A stretch of 64,000 nucleotides of DNA. It comes from Daphnia carinata (taxonomy: Eukaryota). Below are positions 1 to 12,165 of this stretch, piece by piece. A program made the position numbers and the translations under genes. Below the pieces are notes generated by a model. It did no database searches and was not told the origin of the DNA. It worked only from the letters and a program-made list of their open reading frames with translations. Every line of letters starts with the position of its first letter. Position 1 is the first letter of the stretch. The stretch covers positions 6,138,001 through 6,202,000 of the forward strand of contig NC_081332.1 in assembly GCF_022539665.2 (NCBI RefSeq), in the 5' to 3' direction.

Positions 1-3000
1 GTCTATTACCTTGTAGGCAGAGAGATTCGAAATATCCGATACCGGAATTCGGTCTTAACAGAATATTGTCAGAGACATTCCTGCGCGGCATTGCCAGCTG
101 AACGAAGGGATCAGAAAGCAACGTGCCATCATCGGATTCGATGCCCACGCAAGTCTGTTTCACCGAGTTGTAATTGATGCCTGAACAGCGATGATCGATG
201 TTACATTTGTCTAGGCAGTCAATCAGCACGCCCGTCCGTTCGATGGCAGCCGCGGATGCTGGTCGCAAGCTCATGAATCGTGACGTGACCGCTTCGTATC
301 CGGTCACTTTTTGATAATGCGGTCGACCGGAACTGCATTTTGACGCTAATAAACGACCACACAAAGATATGTTAATGTAAGAGTGAAAGGATTTTGTTTT
401 TAGACTTACACGCAGGAATGCGAACAGGGGGATTGTTTTTAGGAGGCAATCTGTCCATTGAATCGCCACCAAACGAACTAAACGATGGGAATCTATTGTT
501 ATCGTTGTTATTAGCAGCAGAAGGAAATCGTACAGTTCCTCCGCTAGTGGGGGTGATTGCTGACACGAAATCTGGCATTCCGCCGGCATCACCCAACACT
601 CCAAATCCGCCATCTCCGGTGAAGAATGCGGCTAAAGAATCGTTTCGATTGCTTGTGTCGTCCAGCGATCTTTTTCGGCAGTTGCGCTCAGTATAATTTG
701 TTCCAGGCCGACTCAGCAAAGCAGAAGGGCCCCCAGAAACTATTCCCATGAAAAATGAAACGAATCAAATTTAGTTAGAAATAATACATGATTTTCAGCA
801 GGGCAATACTTCTATCATCGCTGCTGATGAAGCACTGGCCGCCGGAAGCGTAGAAAGAGTAAGCCCGGCAGGCGAATGCTCGATTGCTGTTACACTGATG
901 CTGACACTGATTATCATCCGAGATGTTGCCCACCAACGAATCCAGATAGCGAGGGTACATGTCCACCACTGTCTCGTAAGAACACATCGTATTCCCTATA
1001 AAAAAAAAAAAAAATCGGCCCAATCATTTTATTCAAATTTATGTTAAAGTTTGTGAGTGGATAACGACAATCACCTAAGCCAACGCATTGATTCTCCAGG
1101 TATTCAACTTGACTGGGAGCGTCGACAAAGGCGTCCGGCCGAAGCCGTTTGTCACTTGAGCTCAACTTGCAGTCCAGATTCATGGTATCGTAACGGGCAG
1201 AACGACAGACGAATCGAGATTCACGCAGACACGCTTCTTCGCAATCACGGCGGGTTGCCACTAACGGAATGACGCGCTCTTCCATGCCACGCAACTCTTT
1301 ACCCGGATGCCTCTCAAACGCCCAGGCACGGTCACGACACGGACCAACGTTTCCTCTGAGGCATATTTTTTCGAAATACGACATTCCCTCGCGTATTGTT
1401 AATTCTTGAGCTCTGCCTTGACTGTTCCGATCGAGTTTAAAGCAACGGCCCTAGCAATCCCGAATGAGAACAGTGGCTCACGTTTAAATGGAGTTTGGAG
1501 GGCGGAATGAAAAGCAAAAAGAAAAAATGAAAACACACACCTGGGCATAGTCGACACTATAAGCTGGACAATCTGCACCCATCTCCAAACAGGCCCGACC
1601 GCAATCGACCGTGATTCCGCCACCAACCGAATCGCCTGGACTGGGGAGAGAACCACTGGCCAAGAATTTTACACGATTTAAAATGTCCTGTTTGGCAGAT
1701 CGAAGGAAATGGCCTGTAACTTTCTCGAAAGTAAAAATTCCATTCTCGCATTGACCTATGAATTTGAAAAGAAGTGACAGCGATAGAAAACAATGTCCGT
1801 TTGTAATTTGAATATCATTACTTACTGACGCTGCAGATCTTTTCCGCATAGACAGTAGATCTCGTGGAGCTTCCTGATATATTTCCTCCATCAAATTGCG
1901 ATACTATGGTCAACGACGTAATTAATAAATTCTAGTTGTAACCTAGAATGAATATAGCTTAGATAAAAAAAAAAAAAACAGTACCGGTGACAGATGATTG
2001 GCTGACCGAGTCATCGCCACTAAGGTAACACCGATTCTCTTCAGCAGTGTAAGAATAAGCGCGGCAAGTGAACACTCTCGCCTTTAAAACCCGTCAATTC
2101 ATTATGAACTGTACTCGGTGTTTGGTAACTTGATTGATTTTTACCTGGTCGCAGAGAGACTCACATTCGCCTTGGCTCTGCGCAAATTCGACTTGATCCA
2201 TCGACACCGCAAGACTTCCGTCTGATCGGCCAGCGTAACGGCAATCGGGCAATGCTGAAAAATAGTTATTGAAACATTTGATTTCAATTATAGTTTTTCC
2301 AAATAATTTAAAACGTTCTACTGACTTTTGACGCATTGATTTTCAAGATAATCCCAACTGCCACCGTCCCGACGGAACGCCAGTGGTTGAGTCCGACGAT
2401 CCTCTCGGCTCATCCGGCACGTTTTATCAGACTCATCGTATTCAGCCGACCTAAAACAGAATGATCAATAAGAAATAAATTATCGACGACTACGAAGAGC
2501 TTAAATACCTGCAGACAAAATTTGTTTGTTCTAAACAGAGACGTTGGCAATCGACTCGTGATTGAACGCTGGCTTGTTCAAAGTCATCGAATCCCTGAAG
2601 TGTGGCTCCAATAACCCGTTCGAAAGCCCAAAGACGATCGCCACAGATTGAATTGAAATTGCTCACTAAATAGAAAAAAAGAGTACTCGTTATAAACTTA
2701 AATACGTTTATGTTGGCAAAATATCGATTACGACGGAGGCAAATCTTTTCGAAATAGTTCACGCCAGCAACATCCTTTAAATGGTCTTTTCGTTTAACGT
2801 CATCAATGTCAATCGATTGACAACGAGAAGTGGAATAATCTAAATGGAAATACATAACATTAACTGCAGCCATTGATGGAAACCTGTCATATTAATTGTG
2901 TATGAAAGTAAAGTGCACAAACCGACAGTGAACGCAGCGCAAGTTGCTGTTTGTTTGCATAACGCGGCACAGTCTCTAGTAACTGCAGTTCCAGGCTGAG

Positions 3001-3217
3001 ACATCAATCCTTGTAAGTTTGACACAGACGCGAATGCGACTCCGGCTGTTTTTTCATAAGTTTCTACGCCACCGAAACACTGACCTGCAGACACGTGAAG
3101 AAGGAAGCAATTAAATAAAAAAAGGTAACCGTACACAAGAATGAAACGTACAATCAAATAATTTGTACCTCGAGTTTCGGTCACTAAAACCAACAAAATG
3201 GTAAGTAGTAATGACAT
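1..3217 (-). CDS. Secreted multi-PAN/Apple-domain protein (NompA-like, probably PAN-ZP family); multi-exon, 3' end runs off the window
   Basis: ATG at 3217 starts a hydrophobic signal peptide (MSLLLTILLVLVTETR). Repeated Cys-spaced PAN modules (RDCAALCKQTATCAAF, RVDCQRLCLEQTNFVCR, RRDCEEACLRESRFVCRSARYD, CQHQCNSNRAFACRAYSF, YFEKICL) are split by short GT-AG introns, with a G/P/N-rich linker at ~400-740. No ZP domain is visible in the window. Confidence 0.85.
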
Positions 3218-3563
3218 CTTCGTCCTGTTACTGTAACATTTCTTCGAAAAGCATAACATTGCCAACACGTCGTTTAGTCGGTTGTCAAGTGTGTGTAACA
3301 GCTTTCTGCGTCGCTTGACAGTGAACATTCGTATCCAGTGGTTCAGGTGGCAATCCATCTTGAGCAGGCGGACGGAAGGAGAGGTGGAGGAGGAACGGAA
3401 TGGCACGACAGGGTCGGGTCCGCAAGACTTACTGCCGTCCCGATGGCAAAAAAAGGTACGTTTTGATTCAGGATGAGAACGAAAAATTACCACAAGAGAC
3501 AGGAAAATAACAGAGAGTAGGTGAGGGAGGAGAGACAGAAAATGAGTGGAAAAAAAGGGAAAC

Positions 3564-3581
3564 AGAGAGAGAGAGAGAGAG
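3564..3581. repeat. (GA)n microsatellite
   Basis: agagagagagagagagag upstream of the PAN gene. Confidence 0.9.
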
Positions 3582-5435
3582 CAAACTAGTCAGAGTTTCA
3601 ACTATGGAAGAGGGGGAGGGGGATTTGTTGGTCATCATTGTCTTTTTTCTCGTTCATACTGAGATAGGCAGAGGAACAAAAAAAAAAAAGAGAGAGAAAG
3701 GGGGGAGAAAGAACGGTTTGATTTGTCGGGAACTGAGTACCAAAAACAAAGTGGATTCAGTATGAGAACACAGTGAATCACTGGAGCTAGGATTTTGGGG
3801 TGGTTAACTAAAAAGCGGCAGAGAAAAGCTACAATAACACGCACGTACACATAGAGAAAACAAAAACATCAACATTCCCCACCGGTCTTTTATGTTTTTG
3901 CGTTCAAAAATATATATTTTTGAAAACCACGCCCTTGAGGTTGAGTTTGAAGCGCGCTTGGCAACTTACATCCGGCTAGCGTAGAGCTCGAACCCGTATG
4001 GTTGATCCATCACGGAGGACCTAGATAGGGAAAGGCGGAAGGAAAAGTTTTAACTAACGAGCTGGAACAACAGCAAAAAAAAAACTTTTAAATTTATGCC
4101 TTGTTGATAAACTTTCAATAAAGGAGTTCACGGAAAACACTTTCTGTCCTGTCTTTTCTTTGATTATTTCCGATTTTCCATCCTGCGAGGAAATATCTTT
4201 CTTTCAAATGTCTTTGACGAAACAACCGAATATCCGCTAAAAATTGAATCGGTAAAAATTTCGCGTGACAAATCACGCGGGAGCCGACATCCTGTGGACA
4301 GCTCTTGTTTAACGCACTAGTCGGAAATAGGGAAATGACACGGAGCAAGTGGTCTGTAGAACCCATGGCGTTGATGGTGTCCTTTTCGCACGTCGTACAA
4401 GGTCTTGATGACAAATCCGTTTGATCATGACCGGATGTATAGATGCTAAAAACGAGATGGATGCATCGGCCCGACCAACAATCACAACATGATTTCTTCT
4501 CTCGATGACAGATTCTACTAGGATTCAATTAGCCGTGCTACATCACTCGTCAAGCATCGTTACCTTCGATGTCGAACGCAACCAATTCGATCGCATCGTT
4601 CCCACGCATTTATAACGTAAAGGATAGTTTTATGATCTTCTTTGGTCCGGGATGCAAGCACACGCAAAAAGGGATCAGATCGGTCTGTTTCCAACATCGG
4701 CAATGACGCATGTAGCTCAAATTCCCGTTTCCAGCACCTACGTACTCGTATTCGAATGGACGGAATCGCCTACCAGCAAAACGAATTCATCCGCTGGAAA
4801 AATTACGCTTTTGTACAGTATGGGTTTGCTGTAGGTTAGGGCCGCCAGTGTCCTTCATTTCGGACGGTGGTCAAGTGCGCAAATCAATTTCCGATTTCTT
4901 TCATGCTCATTATTAAAGTTCATTGAAAACCCAATCAGTCTGGCTTGCACGGCTATCATTTGTTTTATGACCGGCCAATGAACTCGTGTGATCGGATGAT
5001 TCGTTTGAAAGCTATCTGAAAGCGAGTGGATGAGGTGAAGTATTATGTTTGTGAACAAGTATATGAATTTTTTTTTAAAGGGTGAATAGAAGAGCAGTGA
5101 AAGCCCGATAGCACCGTTGTCATCATAACTAATACATCCGGCCCGGAAATCCAAATAATGGGAGTAAAATTCATAACAAAATGGGAATATATAATTTTTT
5201 TTCCACATTTGAAAGGACAACCACTGCTCAAAAGAAATTTGTCAAATTACATCATAACGTAGCAATCAATGCGTTGGGTACGAGTTCCGCTAGGCTGTTT
5301 AAATGGTTTTCTTTAAACTCTTTTTACTGCCCCTCATAAATTTTAAATTCAAGTGGCTTGTTCAGACGTCGTTAGCCGACAAATCGGTGACATCCGTTCA
5401 ATTATGTTCCATATTCAAAGCTATTGAATATCCCT

Positions 5436-6804
5436 CCAAAAAAACTGTTTTCTTTCGTCATTTTCTAAGAATTCGTGTAGCGATATGTTTCACCTTTACA
5501 ATTCGATCTCATTATTATCGTACCCATTTTCAGCATCATCTAGAAGACTGTGGTCGCATTACACCTGCTTCAGGTGCACGTACCAGGAGAAACCCACGGG
5601 AGTAATCCGAACGAAAGAACTTGCTAGCGCAGCAGTACAGTACAGCGCTAGCATGACACATTAAACTTCTTTGATTCAGTGCATTTCTAAAACGGTTGAA
5701 TTAATGAAAAAAGTACAACTTTCTCGGAATCATCATTCAATTTTGAGTATACTAGATTTTGAGTTATCTAAAATATAAAATTAGTGTGTGTGCGAATCGA
5801 AACCATTACTAGCGCGCCAGTACGCTACAGAACTAGCCTGGCACATCAAACTTCTTTGATTATTCAAAAACCATAAGGTCTACGTAAAAAAAAATTTCAT
5901 TATCGTGGTCCTTGTAAAATTTTGAATCAGAATCATATATAGTTATCTAGATTTAATGATATTATTTTTTAATAGTATAAAATTTTAAGCCTGACTAAAT
6001 ACGCCCGACAAAATAAGTCCGGCTTTCTGTTTTTTACGGTTAATTCATAAATTATAAGCCCAATCCAAAAATATACCCGATTTTCGTGATCAGCGATCAA
6101 TTTCGAATCGAAATAATGTATTTTTTAGTAAATCTAGAATTTTGGCGAAAATTGAAAAATTGGGAAGGCTATAGCCTTCTTACTTTTTCGTTTTTGGCCA
6201 AATTTCAAATTTGGTTTAAAATACATGATTTCGATGCAGAATGGAATGCCAATCACGAATATAAAGTTTATTTTTTAATTGGCCTAATAGTTTTTGAATT
6301 TAAAAAAAAAAAAACAGAAGGCCGGGCTTATATTGTCGGGCTTAAAATTTTGTCCTATAAAAAAATAACATCATTAAATCCAGATAACTATATATGATTC
6401 TGATTCAAAATTAACCAAGGAACACGAAAATGGAATTTGTTTTTACGTAGATTTTATAGCTTTGAGTTATCTAAAATATAAAATTAGTGTGTGTGCGAAT
6501 CTGACACATAAAACTTCTTTGATTATTCAAAAACCATAACTACGTAAAAAAAAATTTCATTATCGTGGTCCTTGTAAAATTTTGAATCAGAATCATATAT
6601 AGTTATCTAGATTTAATGATATTATTTTTTAATAGTATAAAATTTTAAGCCCGACAAAATACGCCCAACAAAATAAGTCCGGCTTTCTGTTTTTTACGGT
6701 TAATTCAAAATCCATAAGCCCAATATAAAAATATACCCGATTTTCGTGATCAGCGATCAATTTCGAATCAAAATAATGTATTTTTAACCAAATTTAGAAT
6801 TTGA
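5436..6804 (+). mobile_element. Non-autonomous AT-rich repeat (Helitron-like host), left part, with internal direct and inverted sub-repeats
   Basis: 5436-5608 is a diverged direct copy of 14885-15066. ~5755-6140 is repeated at ~6460-6800. ~5880-5995 is inverted at ~6333-6450. Confidence 0.6.
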
Positions 6805-9352
6805 TATGGCAATCCGTTTTACCCCAAAAAAAAAAAAAAAAATTCGCCAAAAAAAAAAAAAATCACACTTTTTCTTTTTTTCCGACACCTAGCCATCTAC
6901 CGCTCAGACTCGTTATTACTGGCATGTAGGCAATTTCAGTCCATTGGATGCCATTCGCAGTTACTTGAGTAGCGTGGATGGAGAATAACGTGTGGCTGGA
7001 GAAAAATATGTTATAATGGATAAGGATGGTAAGTACAAAGATTATTATATTAGTTTTCAATTATTAATTATTGTTTTTTAGCTCTAATTATGAACCTGCA
7101 GGCTCAATTATTGTTCGTAATCAGTCCATGCAGCGATGAAACTGAACAATTGTGGGACTGTATTTGGGCCAAAAATGGGAGTGGTACGGAAACCCAGAAA
7201 TGGCACGAGTTCAACATAAAACATGAATTAGGTACTTTTCGGTTTTTTGTCTATCGAAAAAGTATTTTTAATGCTATTATTTTGCATTCACAGAATTTTA
7301 GCGGGGGGATCAAGTCAAGTCTGGAAGTGTTACAGGATGGAAGAGTCAGCCTGTAGTTGAAAAAACACTGAGAGTGCATTACCGTTAAGGTGTGAGGTAA
7401 AGTAATAGAGTAATGCAAATTGTCTAATGAGAAGTACCATCTTGTGTTAATGAATCCGGTACAACAGCAATCCTTTATAGTTCTGTCACAGCTAGAAGCC
7501 TCAAATAATTCTGCTTCCCTTGCTAAAGAACAACTTGTCCTTTACGCTCAGAGTGTTGGTGAAGCTGGGTACTTAAATGGCCCTAAAGATGTTTCACTTC
7601 ACTGGCATTGCAGCAATGAACATCATACATGGACTCTTTAGGTATGAAAGGAATTTTCTTGAAAATTTTTTGAATTTATGATGAAGCTTTTCTCCTCCTT
7701 TTTGCCAACCATGTCTAATCTACAAAAAAAAATTTACCCAATAGGAAAGGATTTTCAGCATACTGGGAACACAACTATCAACAATGCAACATTCTAGGGG
7801 TGTTATTTTATCATTCAAGAGCCTTATACAATGATTTTCATCTACAATTTGTATGGCCTTTCCCAAGCTTCTGTCAGAAGTTGAATCTATGAGTCATGTG
7901 AGTCACATGAGCAACAATTGAGATGCTTAATGGTGTTGTTTTTCTTTTCTCAGTGTAGGTTAATAGTAACATTGGATCTGAAAAGATTCTTGGTTGGGGC
8001 AAGACACTGAATAAATTGTAATGATTGGATGGATGACATGATATTTCTATACTTCATTCGGATTCCCGAGACGGTATTTTATATTTAAAAAATTGAAGTG
8101 CATATCTGGGCTCCCTTCCTTTCCGTAGCCCCGTTTCCCCTTGACTCGTAATAAGCCCGTAGGGGGTCATGCCCCTATTGTACGGTATATATAAAAACAA
8201 CATATACCGAGGTTTGGAGGGCTCTGGCCGGAAAGGGGACGTGGGGGTCCGCTTAGTCCGATGATGTGTTCACGGAGGGCGACGTGGCTACCCACAAATC
8301 CGAACTGAAGGTTAATCGCTCCTGTAAAAATGTTCCAAATCTTATGCTCTTCTTCCGGCTTCTCTTAGCCAATCACCGGGTAATCTCCCCGGTGGGTCAA
8401 CAAGGCAGTGTCTCCCCATGCCTGGGTTGACGGCATCTTTTGAAAGGGCTATTGTGCCTTTTTAAAGTTGCAAAAATAATTGTAATGTGCAGAGGATTGT
8501 CAATAAAAATTTTTTATAAAATATTTTTTTGGAAAATTTGTTTCTTTCACTATCTGTGTTCGCTTTGTTCACACATTACATTTATCTACTTTTTTTTTGA
8601 TGGCTAAGTGATTGGCTAAGAGAAGCCGGAAGAAGAGCCGAAGATATGGAACATTTTTACTGGAGCGATTAACCTTTAGTTCGGATTTGTGGGTAACCAC
8701 GTCGCCCTCCGTGAACACATCATTGGACTAAGCGGACCCCCACGTCCCCTTTCCGGCCAGAGCCCTCCAAACCTCGGTATATGTTATTTTTATATATACC
8801 GTACAGTAGGGGCATGACCCCCTACGGGCTTATTACGAGTCAAGGGGAAACGGGGCTACGGAAAGGAAGGGAGCCCAGATATGCACTTCAATTTTTTAAA
8901 TATAAAATACCGTCTCGGGAATCCGAATGAAGTATAGAAATGTCATGTCATCCATTCAATCATTACAATTTATTCAGTGTCTTGCCCCAACCAAGAATCT
9001 TTTCAGATCCAATGTTACTATTAACCTATGCTTGAGAAAAGAAAAACAAAACCATTAAGCATCTCAATTGTTGCTCATCAACTTCAAGTTGTTCTCAATC
9101 TCAACTATTATCAACTTACCATTTTTTTGTTTTATTATCTTATCCATTTTTCAATTGATCCTCCAGCCACGCTACTCAATTAACTGCTAATGGGATACAA
9201 TTAACTGAAATTTCCTTACATGCCTGTAATAACGAAACCGACTAATAGATGGCTACGGGTAGAAAAAAGAGAAAAAAGTACGATTTTTTTTTTTTTTTTC
9301 GCCATTTTTTTTTTTTTTTTATGTAAAACGGATTGCCATACGGATTGCCATA
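6805..9352. mobile_element. Internally deleted foldback DNA transposon, copy 1 (IS3EU-like termini)
   Basis: Starts TATGGCAATCCGTTTTAC (6805) and ends GTAAAACGGATTGCCATA (9340), followed by a duplicated CGGATTGCCATA. 8608-9078 is the reverse complement of ~7910-8376. The arms align to copy 2 with deletions. No TSD seen. Confidence 0.85.
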
Positions 9353-11747
9353 TTTTTAGCCAAATTTCAAATTTCAAATGTCTCATTTTTATGGCAATCC
9401 GTTTTACACAAAAAAAAAAAAAAATTTCGCTAAAAAAAAAAAAAAATCACACTTTTTTCTTTTTTTCCGACACGTAGCCATCTACCTCTCAGACTCGTTA
9501 TGACTGGCGTAGGCAATTTCAGTCCATTGGATTCCATTCGCAGTTAGTTCAGTAGCGTGGATGGAGAATAACGCGTGGATGGAGAATAACGCGTGACTGG
9601 AGGAACAATTGAAAAATGGATAAGATAATAAAACAAAAAAAATGGTAAGTATAAACATTATTATATTGGTTTTCAATTATTAATTATTGTTTATTAGATC
9701 AAATTATGAAGCTGCAGGCCCAGTTATTGGAACAACACAAAATATTAGATAACAACAAAGCTAAGGATCGTAGGCCTAATACGTAATGATTCTATTTATT
9801 TGCTTTTATTCATTCGTGTTGTGTAGCTCAAATTTTGAGTCTACAAGCTCAGCTAGGGGAAAAGAACAAATTGGAACGAAACAGTTTCCAAACAGTGAAG
9901 GAGGTTTTTCAAAACTCATCCCTAACTGAACGTGAGGATGAGTTGGCATTAGGCGAACATAGCCAGGTACCTAAACTTTTCAAATAAGAATTCAAAATAA
10001 GTATAGAATTTTAAAAAACAATTATTTATTGTTTAGTTATTCAGTCCACTACCTGACAGTGTGTTAACGTTAAATTCTGTTAGTGCTGCACTAAAAGAAT
10101 TGTTAGTAATAAGCCCATGCAGTGAAGGAACTGAACAATTGTGGGACCGTATTTGGGCCAAAAATGGGTGTGGTACAGAAACCCAGAAATGGCACAAGTT
10201 CAACATTAAACATGGATTAGGTACTTTTCGGTTTTTTGTCTATCGAAAAAGTATTTTTAATGCTATTATTTTGCATTCACAGAATATTAGCAGGGGATCA
10301 AGTAAAGTCTGGAAGTGTTACAGGATGGAAGAGTGAGCCTACAATTGAAAAACACTGAAAGTGCATTACCATTAAGGTATGAGGTAAAGTAATAGGGTAT
10401 GCACATTGTCTAATGAGAAGTACCATCTTGTGTGAATGAATCCTGTATAACAGCAATCCTTTATAGTTCTGTCACAGCTAGAAACCTCAAATAATTCTGC
10501 TTCTCTGTCTAAAGAACAACTTGTCCTTTACGCTCAGTGTTGGTGAAGCTGGGTACTTAAATGGCCCTAAAGATGTTTCACTTCACTGGCATTGCAGCGA
10601 TGAACATCATACATGGACTCTTTAGGTATGAAAGGAATTTTCTTGAAAATTTTTTGATTTTATGATGAAGCTTTTCTCCTCCTTTTTGCCAACCAGGTGT
10701 AATCTACAAAAAAAAAATTTTACCCAATAGGAAAGGAATTTCAGCATACTGGGAACACAACTATCAACAATGCAACATTCTAGGGGTTTTATTTTATCAT
10801 TCAAGAGCCTTATACAATGATTTTCATCTGCAATTTGTATGGCCTTTCCCAAGCTTCTGCTAGAAGTTGAATCTATGAGTCATGTAAGTCACATGAGCAA
10901 CAATTGAGATGCTTAATGGTGTTTTTCTTTTCTCATTGTAGGTTAATAGTAACATTGGATCTGAAAAAATTCTTGGTTGGGGCTAGACACTGAATAAATT
11001 GTATTGATTGGATGGATGACATGACATTTCTATACTTAATTCGGATTCCCCAGACGGTATTTGATATTAAAAAAATTGAAGTGCATATCTGGGCTCCCTT
11101 CTTTTCTGAAGCCCCGTTTCCCCTTGACTCGTAATAAGCCCGTAGGGGGTCATGCCCCTACTGTACGGTATATATAAAAACAACATATACCGAGGTTTGG
11201 AGGGCTCTGGCCGGAAAGGGGACGTGGATGTCCGCTTAGTCCGATGATGTGTTCACGGAGGGCGATGTGGCTACCCACAAATCCGAACTAAAGGTTAATC
11301 GCTCCTGTAAAAATGTTCCAAATCTTCAGCTCTTCTTCCGGCTTCTCTTAGCCAATCACCGGGTAATCTCCCCGGTGGGTCAACAAGGCAGTGTCTCCCC
11401 CTGCCTGGGTTGACGGCAACTTCTGAAAGGGCTATTGTGCCTTTTTAAAGTTGCAAAAATAATTGTAATATGCAGAGAACTGTCAATAAATTTTTTTTTA
11501 TAAAATATTTTTTGCAAAATTTGTTTCTTTCATTGCCTGTGTTCGCTTTGTTCACACATTACAATTACCATTTTTTTTTTTATTTAGCTTGCTCAATTCA
11601 TCTTTATTGTTTTTGCCACCGTTGTATCGTTTATCTGTAAGTATTCAATTATTATTATTACACTTTTTGAATTCTTGAACTTAGACAAGGAACAACGTGT
11701 AATACCTGGATATTTTCTGAAGTAATTTTGTAATTATGTATTGTTTT

Positions 11748-11816
11748 ACTGGCATGGGAATCGATCCCCAGACATTCAGCGTGCAACGCCGATGCTCTAA
11801 CATTGAGCCACGAGAT
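11748..11816 (-). pseudogene. Degenerate tRNA-like sequence
   Basis: Reverse complement has an A-box-like TGGCTCAATGTTAGAGC, a stem TCGGCG/CGCTGA and a B-box-like GGATCGATTCC. Acceptor stem is poor. Confidence 0.6.
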
Positions 11817-11913
11817 ATATATTTAAAATTTTTATTATCGCATATCATATGATATCGTCTAGGATGTTTATGCAGTCTTTCACAACTATATGATTATCTT
11901 TCTATTTCTTTCG

Positions 11914-11979
11914 TAAGGTCCATAGCTCTGTGGTAGAGCATTCAGCTGCGATAACTGTTACCCTGGGTTCAAACCTTAC
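11914..11979 (+). pseudogene. Degenerate tRNA-like sequence
   Basis: A-box TAGCTCTGTGGTAGAGC and B-box GGTTCAAACC at tRNA-like spacing. Confidence 0.6.
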
Positions 11980-12102
11980 TAGATGTATAAAGATTTACAT
12001 CTAAATGGAGAAAAGAATATTGCAGTAATGCATTTCAGTTTTATTCAAAGTGTAAATGCAAGTCCGCAACTGACTAGAAAAAAGCCAACTAGACATCATA
12101 TG

Positions 12103-12165
12103 ATTCATGGCTCATTGGTAGAGCATCGGCGCGGTATGCCGAATATCTAGCGTTCGATCCCTGGA
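12103..12165 (+). pseudogene. Degenerate tRNA-like sequence
   Basis: A-box TGGCTCATTGGTAGAGC, anticodon-like arm TCGGC-gcggtat-GCCGA, B-box-like GTTCGATCC. Confidence 0.6.

Noticed and set aside
11205..11300. Hammerhead or HDV-like ribozyme in the GC-rich core
   Set aside because: CCGATGA rather than CTGATGA, no properly placed GAAA, and no HDV pseudoknot could be built by eye
11748..12165. Functional tRNA genes
   Set aside because: Acceptor stems and anticodon loops are non-canonical, so they are reported as tRNA-like only
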